From assembly GCF_009914755.1 (NCBI RefSeq), contig NC_060931.1: a stretch of 64,000 bases of DNA, one strand, 5' to 3'. This DNA comes from the human T2T-CHM13v2.0 reference genome, Homo sapiens. This document shows positions 16,843-34,407 of the stretch, piece after piece (the first letter of the stretch is position 1; each line of letters begins with the position of its first letter). The notes below the pieces were generated by a model, which saw only the letters and a program-made list of their open reading frames with translations, was not told the origin of the DNA and ran no database searches. The position numbers and the translations under genes are program-made.

Positions 16843-17892
16843 TGTGTGTGTGTGTGTGGACGCACGTGTGCATCCGTGTGACTTGAGTGTGTTTGCACAT
16901 GTATATGTGTGGCTGTGTGCATGCCAGAGTGAAGCACAGGTGTGTAGTCCATGGATATGTGTGTCATGGGAGTGTGCATGTATCTGTGCCTGACTCGAGT
17001 GCATTTGCACGTGCATGTGTGTGTGAACGTGTGTGTGCATGTGGACATATGTGACCATGTGCATGTGTGCATGCCTGTGAGCAGCACATATGTGTATATG
17101 CACGTGTGTGTGAAAGTGCATGTGTGTATCTGTGCATAACTCGAGTGCATTTGCACATGCACATGTGTGTATGTCTGTGCATATGGGCATATGTGGTGTG
17201 TGCATGTGTTCATGCCTGTGTGCAGCACTTATGTGTATATGAACATATGTGTGAGTGTGCGTGTGTGTATCTGTGCATGACTGGAGTGCATTTGCATGTG
17301 CACGCGCATGTGTGTGAATGTGTATGTGCATGTGGACATATGTGACCATGTGCATGTATGCATGCCTGTGTGCAGCACACAAGTCTAATTGTACATGTCT
17401 ATGTGTGCCTGTGAGTGTGCATGTATCTGTGCATGACTTGAGTGCATTTGCATGTGCATATGTATGTGTGTGTGCCTATGGGCATATGTGGTATGTGCAT
17501 GTGTTCATGCTTGTGTGTAGCACATATGTGTATATGAACATGTGTGTGCGTGCATGAGTGTATCTGTGCATGAGTGCATTTGCACGTGCATGTGTGTGAA
17601 TGTGTGTGTGCATGTGGACATATGTGGCCATGTGCATGTGTGCATGCCTGTGTGCAGCACACAAGTCTACTTGTGCATGTCTATGTGTGTCTGTGAGTGT
17701 GCATGTGTGTATCTGTGCATGACAAGTGCATTTGCACAAGTGCACGTTTGCGTGCATGTGCGTGTGCGTATGTGTGTCTCTGTGTGAATGTGTGCATACA
17801 TGTGGGCATATGCATGTGTGCAGCACATGTGTATTTGTACATGTACACGTGTGAACATGTGTGCATGCATGCATTCGTGTGTGTGTGTGTGT
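16843..17892. repeat. Degenerate (TG/CA/TA) alternating purine-pyrimidine repeat with a ~290-bp higher-order period
   Basis: gtggacatatgtg(a/g)ccatgtgcatgt recurs at about 17041, 17333 and 17614. Confidence 0.9.
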
Positions 17893-18781
17893 AGGGATAA
17901 GGTGGTAAAGCCAGCACGGGAAGCAGAGACCAGACTGTGCAGAGTGTTGGAAACCGGGCTACAGAGGGCAGATTCTGCCAGAAGGCAGCAGGGAGCCCTG
18001 GACATTTCCTGTCCATATTTGCATATAGAAAGACCCCTCTGGGAACAGAGAGGAGAGTGGGTTAGAGGGAACCAGAGTGGACAGGAGACCCTGGCTGTAT
18101 CCAGTGGGAGGTGATGGTGGCCTGGAATTGGGGGCAGGGCGATGATGGAGAGAAAGGGGCTGTGAGATGCGTCCAGGCAGGAGGCTGGCCAGGGTCCTCC
18201 CCCAAGTGGCCCCCGCCCCTCAGTTTCTCCAGCTGGGCCTCTGCCCAGGCTGGCATAAGCCTGCCCTGGGTCCCCCTCGGACTCTCCCACACACGTTGAT
18301 CCTGCTTCTCTTCCGAGCCCATGAGGCAGGGATGGTGTCTGAAAATTGCTTGTAGCCCTCGGGGATACAAAAGAGGCAAAAATCGATACCAGCACGCAAA
18401 AAAGAAAAATGCTAAATGGAAGGGAACCGCCTTCTGTTGATGCTTATGGGGGGGCAGATGCTTGGTTCAGCCCCATTTCACAGAGGCTGCGGGCAGCAGT
18501 GGAGGCCCAGCCCCACCAGCCGGAGCCAGAAACAGCTCAGGATCCAAAGCATCTCTGAAAGAGGGTGGGAGGTGCTGCCTTGGGGCTGCACTTGGGACAA
18601 GTCCCAGCTTCTCCTGGCCTTGCCCTCCTCTCCACCCCGAAGCCCCTCCCACAAGGCTGCCGAGGAGGTCAGAGATTGGGGAGTCCGGGCTGGCTGCCCC
18701 AGCCAGTGGGAGGTCAGATCCTGCATGAAGCTGGGAGTGGCGGGCAGACAGCCCACCCTCCTACCCGCAGACCAGAGGTAA

Positions 18782-19264
<483 letters not shown>

Positions 19265-19417
19265 TGAGGCTCGCCACCACGCCCAGATAATTTTTGTATT
19301 TTGAGTAGGGACAGGGTTTCCCCATATTGGCCGGGCTGGTCTCGAACTTCTAACCTCAGGTGATCCGCCTATCTCGGCCTCCCAAAGTGTTGGGATTACA
19401 GGCGTGAGCCACCAGGC

Positions 19418-19452
<35 letters not shown>

Positions 19453-22241
19453 CTGATGTTGGGCTATTTTAAGCCACGCTGCAGGGGGTACCCATGGGCA
19501 CCATCGGTGTGTCCTGTGGGGAGTATTTCTAGGTGCGGAGTGTTAGAGTCACTCACTGGGTCCTGAGATGACCACTCCGTGCCTCAGTTTGCTGATCTGT
19601 GAGATGGATTCTAGCCCTTCCTCCTTTATAGGATTAAAGGAGGGAGAGTGCGAGATGTGGGATGAGTTCTCTGATTTCCATGTCCCGCCTGGGTGTGGGT
19701 GGCTCAGGGCATGGGCCCAGAACCCGGCCTCTGCACCCCAGCCTGGCCAACCAGAGGACAATGCCCGGCTTGGGAGAACAACCGGCCCTTGCTGTCAAGG
19801 CGTGAGGATTAGATGCAGAATAATGCAGTCCCCGATCAAACCTGCAGCTGTAACTCAGGCCCCAGACGCTGCCAGTGCCATAAATTTGGGGGGAAAGTGC
19901 AGCTCTAGCAGTTTGCGAACAAGAGCGGGGGAGGCTGAGTGAATTACAGCCCAGAGGAAGCGAAGGCCCCCTGCCTGGCATTGTTAGCCCCAGCCAGGGA
20001 CTGATTGCTCACTGCCTTTAATGAAATTGAATTTTAATTTATATCCCAACCCAAGGTGGGGGACAAGGGTGTGCCCGGGCAGAGGTGGGCTCAGCCCCAG
20101 GATGGGGGCTCCTTCTGCAAGAGGAGCTTGCAGCCAAGTCCTACAGGAGAAAAAGATGGGCGCCCGGGGAGCTTCTCCAGCCCAAAGTTTCGAGGTCCTG
20201 CCAGTGCGGGCTCTGGGCAGGGTGCGGCCCCCGTTTGGCAATTCCTGCCTTGCTTAGGTGCAAGCCCCTAGAGGGCTCAGCGAAGGGGAGTCCCCGTCTC
20301 TTCCTTGTGAGAACTGGGAGCTCTGCCAGGTTGCAGGGGGAAGCCTGGGGAGAGGGGGAGCGTAATGATTTGTGGGGTTCGTTGGGAGCCCCCAGCTCCT
20401 TCACCTCTCCAAGGTTCCCAGATGACACATGATAACCCGCTGCACCCGATTTCCATATATCGCATGGGGCTTTTGAGGCCTTGCCAAGTGCCAGGTGAGG
20501 CTCCACGGGCACCCGTGTGGCCTTTGCCTCCTGTCTGTGTGCACCTGCTCTGGGTGGTCGAGGAGGGGCCATACCTCGGGGGCAGGCTGGCCTGGCTGCC
20601 AATCCCACCTGCACATTTCCTGGCCTTGGAAAACCACTTCCCGCCTCTGAGCCTCAGTTTCTACATCTGCAAACTGGAGATGAGGAGCACACCTCCGCCC
20701 AGAGCATCTGAAGGGGGACAGGAAGTTTGCAGGAGCTGCGGTTCTGCAGCGGCGCTTTTCCAGACCCTGCTCCGAGCTCATGGTTCAATGTGCTGGCGGC
20801 CAGCTGGGGGTGGGGGGTGATGGCCATCAGGACGCCACCCCCGTGGCCACGGCAGAACAGTGGTCTCCTTACGGCCCAGTGAGGAGGGGCCTCACAGAGG
20901 GGCTGGCAGGCGTGAGGGCATCCTGGGAACAGGGTTCCCGTGCAAGGGTTGCGCCTGCCGGTACAGGGGCTGGGAGGGCCAGGGCCTCCCTTGCGGCTGA
21001 ACAGACGGGCTCAGGAGGCAGGCAGGTGGGGGCTGCAGGCCTCCCCCGACTTGCCTGGGAGCCTGGGAACAACATCTAGGGCTTGTTCTCTGCCTTCCTC
21101 ACTGTGGTGGCCCCAGCAGGGCCCCTGGACATGCATCTGGACCCTGTAGTGGCTTCCTCTGTGGCCCTGAATGCCTGGTCTCCTTTGCAGGCCACAGGTC
21201 CCCCGTTAGTAAAGTGGGGAGTTGTCCTGGCTCCTGAGGACCTGTGGATGCCTCCCTACCCTGTGCTCTCCCCATTGTGCCACCCACACGCACCCATGAG
21301 CCCCAGAATCCACGTGTGGGGCCACGGCTCTCAGGGCTTTCGGGCCAGTCCTGCTCCCAGCCCTGCCAGTGTGCACCGTGGCAGGGCCTGTGGCGGGGGA
21401 TGGAAGGCAGCTGCCTCCCTCAGTGACTTAGGACAGGTTGATCAGGCTGCGGCTGATGAGTGAGGCATAAATCCATTGGCTGCTGGTGGAAATTATTTTC
21501 TGCTGGTGGAGCTGTCAAGTGAAGCCATCGGTTTAGACGCAGGGTGTGTGTGTGTAGGAGAGAGACTGGGGGAAAGAGAGACTTCCACACTGACTGTGCT
21601 GGGGGCGCCTTTGGAACCCAGGAGACATCTTTAGCTCCTACCTTTCGATTTTCAGGTGGAGAGACTACTCAGGCCCAGAAAAGGACAGGCACTCGGTTGA
21701 GGTCACACAGCAAGGGAGTCGGGAAGTTGGAAGGAGGAGGATGTGGAAGACGCAGTTTGCTCCTGGGTCCTCAGAAAGGAGGCTGGGTGTCAAATTCTAC
21801 CCTTAGGAATTTTAGTGAGCAGGCGGTGCCTTTGTGCATAGAAAAAGATGCCCCATCCTCTGGGTGGCCCGGCCCAGCACCAGGGCGTGTGGCCAGTGAG
21901 CAGGCACAGGCCGGGCTCAGCCCACCTGGACCCCTGACTGCATGCAAAGGGTTCCAACTGGCACCAATGTGCCATTCCTGACCCCGCCTTAAACAAACGG
22001 ATTATAAAAGGAAATTTTATAGCCATAATTTATGGGTAGCCAGCAGTGCTTGCCAAACATAGACGATAACACAAAAATAAATATGTCTCCAATACATTTT
22101 ATACTCTTTTTTTTTTACCCCCCAGAGACAGGGTCTCTCCCCACGGTCCAGGCTGGAGTGTACTGGTGCAATTATAACTCACAGCAGCCTCCTGCTCCTG
22201 GGCTCAAGCGATCCTCCCACATCAGCCTCCTGAGTAGCTGA

Positions 22242-22412
<171 letters not shown>

Positions 22413-23062
22413 TAATATTTATGATATAAATATGTATATATGACATAGATGCATATATGGATATACATACTTTTTTTTTTTTTGAGACGGAGTCTCGCTT
22501 TGTTGCCCAGGCTGGAGTGCAGTGGCGTGATGTCCACTCACTGCAAGCTCCGCCCCCCGGGGTTCAGGCCATTCTCCTGCCTCAGCCTCCCGAGTAGCTG
22601 GGACTACAGGCGCCCGCCACCACGCCTGGCTAATTTTTTTGTATTTTTAGTAGAGGCAGGGTTTCACCGTGTTCACCAGGATGGTCTCAATTTCCTGACC
22701 TCGTGATCCGCCTGCCTCAGCCTCCCAAAGTGCTGGGATTACAGGCATGAGCTACCGTGCCTGGCCAGATATACATACTTTATATTTGTATAATATTATC
22801 GTAAAAGGTTTGTAATCCCAGCACTTTGGGAGGTCAAGGCAGAAGGATCGCTTGAGCCCAGGAGTTCATGAGCAGCCTGGGCAACACAGTGAGACCCTAT
22901 CTCAAAAAAAAATAAAGTGCAAACCTGAAGTGCAAGCAAACCTGCTTATGAGGATTAATTGATCAAGTTGCTCTCCTGAGGTTTGGGGAAGGAATGGAGG
23001 ATAGCTGAGTTTTGATGGGGACTGTGGCTGGGGGTCAGGGCTGGGCAGGTGCCATGAGGTAG

Positions 23063-23508
<446 letters not shown>

Positions 23509-24664
23509 TAATTCAAACATACAGAACACTGCAGAGTAGCAGAATGAACCTGCCAGGTACCTGCCTTCTAGCCCTATCTGGTCCCAATATGCAGGTATTT
23601 TCTTGGTATCTTATGAAGAAACAGACCATGATAGATGTTACTGAAGCCCCACTCCCAACTTGCTCCAACCCAGCCCTCTCCCCTTCTCTGTCTCCTGAAG
23701 AAGAGCCACCTTCTCAGTTGATTATCCATTTTTCCATTGCAGGAATTTATACTGTTATTGCATATGTACATAACCATAAATAATATATGCAGTATTGTTT
23801 TTCAATTTCATAGATCTGTGCCCATTTTATAGTTGGAAACCCTGCGGCCCAGGGGACTGAGCCACTTGCTCACGTGCACATGGTTGTGAGTGGTGGAGCT
23901 GGGCTCAGACCCTGGGATCCTCCCTCCGGAGTCCCTCTCACGGGGGAATTCAGTGACCGTGGGTGGGGGTGCCCTGGAGATACATTTCTTCTCCACAAAG
24001 GCTGCCCTGGCTCAGGGATAAAGACACATGGATTTATTGGAATGGCTTTTAGGGCCTGGGGACCTGCTGGGTGGTGCCAGGTCTCAGGGGCTCCGGGTCA
24101 CATGGGGCGGGAGGGAAGAATGTGCAAGGGGCCTGCCCCTTGACTCCATGTTCTTTTGCAGAAAGGAAATCAATACCTTCCTGCTCCAGCAGGCTGGGGC
24201 ACGAAGCTGTGGCCTGTGAGGTGACTGGAGCTGGGAGGCACCTTCTCTGCAGAGCAGGGAAAGGCTTAATCCTGGGAGACTTATGTCACCAAGGATGGCA
24301 GAACTCTGGGTGAGGGGAAGGGGGTCCTGGTCACCCCTCCTTGTTGCGCTGGCTGAAAAGTGGGGTAGTGGGCCTGAGAGGGAGGGTCTGCCAGGGGCCT
24401 TGGTTTGCCCATCTGGCTTTGGGCCTGTCTGGGGGGATGTGAAGAGGGTGGGGTGCAGCTGGGGGACATCTGGCAGTCATAGCCTGCAGGGAACAAGGCC
24501 ACCAGGGGGGCCAGGGTGGAGAGGACAGTCGGGGTGGGGTCTCTGTGCATGTGCGTGGGACCACAGTGAGGGTCCGGTACCCACGTGTGCCCCACCATGG
24601 ACCTGACACCCCCCCACCCCACCGTGCACAGACATGTGTGTGCACACATGTGTGTACACCTCTC

Positions 24665-24669
<5 letters not shown>

Positions 24670-24698
<29 letters not shown>
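24670..24698. repeat. (CA)n microsatellite
   Basis: Pure CA run. Confidence 0.9.
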
Positions 24699-24702
<4 letters not shown>

Positions 24703-25049
24703 GCCAAACACACACGTGCACACACAGAGCGCAGTGGAGTCCTTCCCACAGCTAGGGGGTGCTAGAAGTCTTCCCAGCAGAAATTCATTGGCTGAAACCG
24801 ACGGACACACACTCACACAGAGGAAAAAAAAGGAAGAAGGAAAAAGAAAAGAAAATCCCTCGAAAAATATAGCCGTTGATGGTAATTCAAGTCGACAACA
24901 CCCGTAAATCCTGGAGGCTGATAACAACAATAGAATATGAACGGAGCGGTGCCAGATTAACCGAGATATTTGATGCTTTGCCACCCAGATCAATAAGCCG
25001 CACTGAGATTTTTCCCGACATTCGGACCCCGAGCTGGTCCCTGCTGTAG

Positions 25050-25208
<159 letters not shown>

Positions 25209-25964
25209 TGAGTAGCTGGGACTGCACGCACGCACCACCACGCCCAGATAATTATAGGCACACGCCCTGGGCCCAGCTGATCTTTGTATTTTTAGTAGAG
25301 ACAGGGTTTCACCATGTTGGCTAGGCTGGTCTCAAACTCCTGACCGCAAGTGATTTGCCCACCTCAGCCTCCCAAGGCCGAGGGATTACAGGTGTGAGCC
25401 ACTGCGCCCGGCCTCCAACCCCCTCTTCCAACTTCTCTGTGCAGCATTAGGAGCTGCCTAGGGGTGGGGGGTGAGAAATCACATTTCTGATGGCGATGCC
25501 CCTGGGTCTTAGCTGGCCGTTCTGTTCTTCAACGGTGACCCAAATTGCAGCAGGGAATTGGGCCTGCCAAGGTCTCTTTCTGCTGGGCCAGGAGCCCCAC
25601 TGGGATCCCAGCCATGGCTGGGCTGCTGCCTCCTCCCCTGCTTGGGTTCTGCTGCTCAGCCCCAGGAGGGACAACCGCAGCAAAGGGACCCCACCCTGTA
25701 CCCCCAACCCTTGTGCATGGGGAGCCCGGACCAGCAGCAGCTGCCTTCAGATGGCTCCTGTTTGCAGTGTAGCTTCCCTCATTCTCATTCACGGCCAATG
25801 GCAAATGTGCGTGTCTGTGTAGTTGGTAATTTTATGCTGTCGGGGTCTCCAAGGACAGGGAAAGATGGGCTTTTTAATTTTAACTTTTAACAATTATTTT
25901 AGGCCAGGTGCAGTGGCTCATGCCTGTAATCATTGCACTTTGGGAGGCTGAGGCAGGTGGATCA

Positions 25965-27860
<1,896 letters not shown>

Positions 27861-28494
27861 TGGGCTCGTTTTGGAGGTGACTTCTGGGCCAGACCTCCCA
27901 GGCTCTAGTTTTGTTTCAGGGTCTGTGTTCCTCACTGCTTTGAGCTCTGGAGCAGCCTGTATCTGGCCATTCTCAAGGTCAGGGCTGCCTGTGAGATGGC
28001 TGGAGGGGACGCTGCCATGGAGCCCTCAGCCTTTTGTCCAGAGCATGTCCATGGTGGGCCCCGGCTGCTCAGGGCTTTTCCCCACACCAGACCTTGGTCC
28101 TGTTGTCTATGGTGGAGGCAGGGCTGGGCTTTCTGGCCTTACTGTCTGCCTATCCAGGACCCTGTCTCTGCAACATTCCTTGATCAAGCACTTCCTACAC
28201 GCTCCAGGCTCTGTGGATGCAGGAGATTCAGGAGCGGGTTCTGACGGAGAGGGGAGCAGCTAAGCCAACCTTGCCGGCAGACACCAGTGATGAGGTGGAC
28301 GGAGCGGCCGGCGGTGGTCAGCACTGAGACCCAGGAGGAGAAGAACAACGCTTCACGCCTGGACATAGGTTTGCAGTTTTGAGAACACATCCATTCTTTC
28401 AACAACACTTATTAGGCACCAACTGGGTACCAGGCATGTGCATAGCAGTGCCTAGGAAGACAGGGTCCCTGCTCTTTGACATTTAAATTCTGGT

Positions 28495-29225
28495 AGGAGT
28501 TCCCTGTGGCTGCTATAAGGAATCACTGAAAACCAGGTGGCTTAAAACAACAGAAGTGTACTCCCTCACAGTTTCGGAGCCAGGAGTCCGAGGTCAAGGT
28601 GTCTGCAGGACCTCCTTCCCTAAAAAGGCTCTGTGGAGGGTCCTTCCTGCCTCTTCCAGTCTCTGGCGGCTCCTGGAGTTGCTTGGCCCATGGCTGTGTC
28701 ACTCTAGCCTCTACCTCCCTCTTCAGCCTTCTGGCCTTCTCTGTGTCTCTGTATCCAAATCTCCCTCCTCTTTTTTTTTTTTCTTTTTGAGACAGGGTCT
28801 TGCTCTATTGCCCAGGTTGGAGTGCAGTGGTGTGATAACAGCTCACTGAAGCCTCCAGCTCCTGGGCTTAAGTGATCCTCCTCCCTCAGCCTCCTGAGTA
28901 GCTGGGACCACAGGTGTGCACCACCATGCCCAGCTAATTTTTGTATTTTTTTGTAGAGATGGGGTCCTGCTATGTTGCCCAGGCTGGTCTTGAACTCCTG
29001 GCCTCAAGTTATCCTCCTGCTTCGGCCTCCCAAAGTGTTGGGATTACAGGGGTGAGCCACCGTGCCCCGCCTCCCTCCTCTTTACGTGGACACCATCACT
29101 GGATTTGGGGACACACCCTAATCCCGTATGACATCTTAACCTGATTACATTGGTAAAGACCCTATTTCCGGATAAGGCTACAGTCACGGCCACTGCAGAC
29201 TTGGGCACATCTTTCACGGGGAGGT
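28495..29225 (-). mobile_element. MLT1-family MaLR LTR interrupted by an Alu (about 28770-29071)
   Basis: gtggcttaaaacaacagaa...ctcacagttt...tcaaggtgtctgcagg...taacctgattacat...aagaccctatttcc. Confidence 0.75.
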
Positions 29226-29548
29226 AGTCCGGTCAGTCCAAGAAAACCATGCAGCAGCTGAGAAGGGAGAAAATGCGGAGGCCGAGGCGGGCCTGAGCCC
29301 CATACCAGGGGAGGGGGGGAGGGAAGCGGGAGGGGGCAGCAGAGGGAACGCCGCCACTAAGGCCTTGCACAGAAAGAGTTTTGGGGACCAACAGGGGGCC
29401 AGTGTGGCTGAATATAGCCAGTAGGAGGAAGAAGGTTCTGGAAGGGGCCAGGCCATGTAAGCACGGCAGATTGTTCTCATTTAATTCCAGCAGCAGGGGA
29501 TCAGGTGCTATGGCTCTCACCTGTTATCCCAGCACTTTGGGACGCTCA

Positions 29549-29776
<228 letters not shown>

Positions 29777-29947
29777 CTACTAAAAAAAAAAATATACAAA
29801 AATTAGCCGGGCGTGGTGGTGCAAGCCTGTAATCCCAGCTACTCGGGAGGCTGAGGCACGGGAATCGCTTGAACTTGGGAGGTGGAGGTGTAGTGAGCCG
29901 AGATGACGCCAATGCGCTCCAACCTGGGTGACAGAGCAAGACTCCAT

Positions 29948-29979
<32 letters not shown>

Positions 29980-31575
29980 GCAATTCTGGTAGCTTCCAAT
30001 GGGAAGGTCTCAATCATCACAGTGACACTCCAATTTGTGTTCCAGAAAGATCCCTCCATCAGGGCGTTCTTCATTCGAATCCATGGATAGAGAATTCAGG
30101 GAGTCTGTGAATGTTGAATGGAAAAAAAAAATGACATCTTTATTTTCCCTACCCCCTAATGGAAAGTGAGCATTTCCTTGCCTTATGAATGAATGGAAGA
30201 AAAAAAAAAACAAAACTGCAGAGGCATGATGCAGCGCCTGGGACACGTTCATCAGTAGAAACACGGGGGTCTTCCCATCCCACTGCAGCTGCCGCAGGTA
30301 GCGTGAAACACCAAGCATGCTTGTCACAACTCCAGAATAACGACAGCTGTTGGCCCCACTGCCAGAGCTTGTTATTCAATCCTGTGATTTAATACATTCA
30401 CTCACCACACACACAAAAAAGCATGCAAATTACCGGATTACCCATTTGCTCTTTAAATATTTTGATAAGAAAGTTGGCTTCCTTTGCGATCCTGTGTGTT
30501 TTATTTCATGCATTTGAAAATGTTATTTTGAGAAGGGAGTCTCTGGGCTTTCAGAGGCTCAGGGGAGTTCATGGTTCAGATGGAGCAGAGGGTGGGGCTG
30601 GAGAGAAGCAGGGGATTTGAGGTGTCTGTTGGGGTTCAGCTGGGAACCGGGGATGAGGCTTGGGCTTTAAGCCTGAGTGACTGGTGGGTGGGGATGCCAT
30701 TGGTGGAGGGGGAAGAGGAACAGGTTTCCTCTTTCCAGGGAGAAAGTGTTGGGTTTATTTTTAAAAATTATTTATTTTTTTGAAATGGAGTCTCCCTCTG
30801 TAGCCCGGGCTGGAGTGCAGTGGCACGATCTCGGCTCACTGCAATCTCTGCCTTCTGGGTTCAAGTGATTCTTCTGCCTCAGCCTCCCAGAGTAGCTGGG
30901 ATTACAGGCGCCTGCCACCATGCCCGGCTGATTTTTTTTTTTTTTGTATTTTTAGTAGAGATGGGGTTTCACCACGTTGGCCAAGCTAGTCTCAAACTCC
31001 TGACCTCAGGTGGTCCGCCTGTCTTGGCCTCCCAAAGTGCTGGGATTACAGATGTGAGTCACCGTACCCGGCGGTTTGTTTGGATTTGGACACTGAATTT
31101 GGGGAAATCCAAGCAGAGATGCCAAGAGGACCTGGCTCTACTAGGCTGGCCGTTTAACAGCTGGGCTGGAGGTGCCTATGTGGGGGTCCCCTTGCATGTG
31201 GGGGGGTCCCCTTGCACGGGCTCACTGGGTCCTCACAGTGACTTCCTGTGGCTCGTCACCCAGCCTTTCTAGTGTGACGTTACCTCCCTGGGCTTACAGA
31301 AAGCTGTCAGAGAGCTCAGATGTGGCCATTTCCAACCCTGGGGCTCCACGTCATCCCACAATATGGGCATCTCCCAGCCAACAGACACCCTAGGACTCCT
31401 CACTGTGAAATCACATGGGATGGCACATCTGGGGGCCCGGCTACTCCATCACCAAGACCCCAGGCCAGGCGTGGTGGCTCATACCTGTCATCTCAGCACT
31501 TTGGTAGGCTGAGGTGGAGGATTGCTTGAGCCCAGGAGTTTGAGACCAGCTTGGGCAACATAATGAGACCCTATT

Positions 31576-31612
<37 letters not shown>

Positions 31613-32758
31613 AAGAAAATTAGCTAGGTGTGGTGGTGCGTGTGTGTGGTCCCAGCTACTCTGGAGGCTGAGGCAGGAGATTGAGCTCAGGAGGTCGAGG
31701 CTGCAGTGAGCTGTGATCATACCACTGCACTCCAGCCTGCGTAACAGAGCAAGAACTTCTCTCAAAAAGAAAAAGAAAAAGGAAAAAGAAAAAAACAAGA
31801 CACCTAATGTCCACCTGGGCCTTGGCTGGTAACAGCCAAGCAGCTAGTGGTCTAAAAGCCTGTGTGTGTGTGTTTCTTTCTGTTTCTCTTTTTCTCTTTG
31901 TTCTGTTTCCCCTCTTCCTGTTTCTGTCTCTCCTTCCCTCCTTCCCTGCCTCCTTCTCCTTCTCTCTCCCTTCCTTGGTCCTTCCTCTCTGTGTCTCCTT
32001 CTTCATCCCTTCCTCCGTCCCTCCTCCTTTTCCTCTTCTGTCTCTCTGTCTCCCTGTCTCGCACACACACAGAAGCAAATGCAATTTCACAGCCTCATAC
32101 CTGCGTTCGTATCCCACCCATCATACAAGCTAGGAGGGGCACACAGCGTCGGTCAAAACAACATCAGAACTGAATGTGACATGTAATAAGGAAGAAAGAC
32201 AATCCTGTATCAGAGACTCATTTCCAGTCACCCCAAGCCGCGTGGAAACTTTCAATACAATTTTTAGCCAAGCACCTGGGGTTTCAAAGCAGACTGTGCT
32301 GAGAGGAGAGGGTGTGAGCCTTTGGCCCCCTGTTCACAAACAGCTAATTTTAGTAGCCAGACAAACCAGAAAGCCCCCAATCCTTTCTCCTCTCTCTCCT
32401 CCACGCCCCCGCCTCACCCACCTGCTTCCCGGCGCAGCTGCAGCTCCTGCCCACAGCGTGAGCCCCAGCTTCCTGCCAAGGGCCCCGGCTGTCTTGCCTT
32501 GGGGCTGCCAGGGAAGGACGATACCGAGGAGTTCAGGGACCCAGGTTGGGGTGCTCCTGTGCAGAGGACCTTGTTGGCACCAGGGGCCTTGTTGACCCCA
32601 GGGGCAGTGCAGGAAGTGGGCCATGCTGGGGACCCTCAGTCAGGACCAACCTCTCCATATCTGGGTCTGCAGGGAGGAGGGGCCAGGGCTCTGAGCTGAG
32701 CCCCCACATATGTACCAGTATTGGTGGCCCACCCTTCTCATTCTTTTTTTTTTTTTAA

Positions 32759-32974
<216 letters not shown>

Positions 32975-34156
32975 TAGTAGAGATGGGGTTTCACTATGTT
33001 GGCCAGGCTGGTCTCAAACTCCCAACCTCAGGTATCTTCCCGCCTCCACCTCCCAGAGTGCTGGGATTACAGGCGTGAGCCACTGCGTCCGGCCCCCACC
33101 CCTCTCATTTTTCAGCACTGCCTCCTGAGCACCTGGGAACTCCAGTCTTCCTGAATTTTGTCTGACCTTGACCTCTGTCCTTGGACCTGATGCACACCTC
33201 AGTGAAGCTTGTACCAAGTAAGCCCTGAGGCGGCCGTGAGAAGCCCTCGAAAGTTCCCCTGTTCATTATTATAGTTACTTTTAGAGACAGGGTCTCACTC
33301 TGTGGCTCAGGCTGGATTGTACCATCACGGATTACTGTAGCCTTCAACTCCCGTGCTCAAGTGATCCTCCCACCTCAGCCTCCTGAGTAGCAAGGACTAC
33401 AGTGTGTGTCACCACGCTGGCCAATTAAACTTTTTTTTGCAAAGACAAGGTCTCACTATGTTTCCCCGGCTGATCTTGAACACCTGGCTTCAAGTGATCC
33501 TCCCACCTCGGCCTCCCAAAGTGCTGGGATGAGAGGTGTGAGCCACTGTGCCCAGCTGGAGGTTTCTGTCTTCAGATCTCAGCTCTGTTCCCAGATGTGA
33601 GACCCCCCTGAGCCTCAGTTTCCCCATCTGTAAAGTAGGAATGATGGTCACCAGGGGAGCAGGTCTGTGCTGGGTTTGTAAACACCAGGTGTAAATGGGC
33701 AGGTGCATGGTAGGTACCCTTGTCTGCTGGAGGGGACCGTTCTCTTTGCCTAGTTTGGAGGTCACCTTCAAGGTTAGAAGACCCAGAGGCCTCAAGCAAA
33801 AGGAGCTGCAAGCCCCACTCCGCTCGCCCAAAGCGGGCACTCAGAGGCATGTGTGCGGCAGTGACGGTAATGGGATGTGATGGGAGATCAATGGGAACAC
33901 AGGCAGCTGCCTGGGTAGGGCTGTGGCTATCCCAGCCCTGGGGTTGCTGCTCTAGTTCATCAACAGAGATCTGATAACAAGAGGCCAGGCCAGGTGCCGG
34001 GGCAGGAGGGGAGCTGCCGATGGCAAAGGGACTCAGGCCCGTGGGGAGGGGGAGCCCTTTGACCTCTTAGGTGAAGCACTGCTAGACCCAGCTCCCCAGA
34101 GGCCCCCCACCGTGAGCTGGCCATGGGCAAAAGAGACGTCTGCTTTCAGTTTCTGA

Positions 34157-34407
<251 letters not shown>

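Noticed and set aside
16797-18016. His/Thr- and Cys/Val-rich ORFs resembling metal-binding proteins
   Set aside because: Translation of the TG/CA repeat.
19421-19452. Isolated poly(T) run beside an Alu 5' end
   Set aside because: Probably a severely truncated retroposon tail; no body or clear TSD to interpret.
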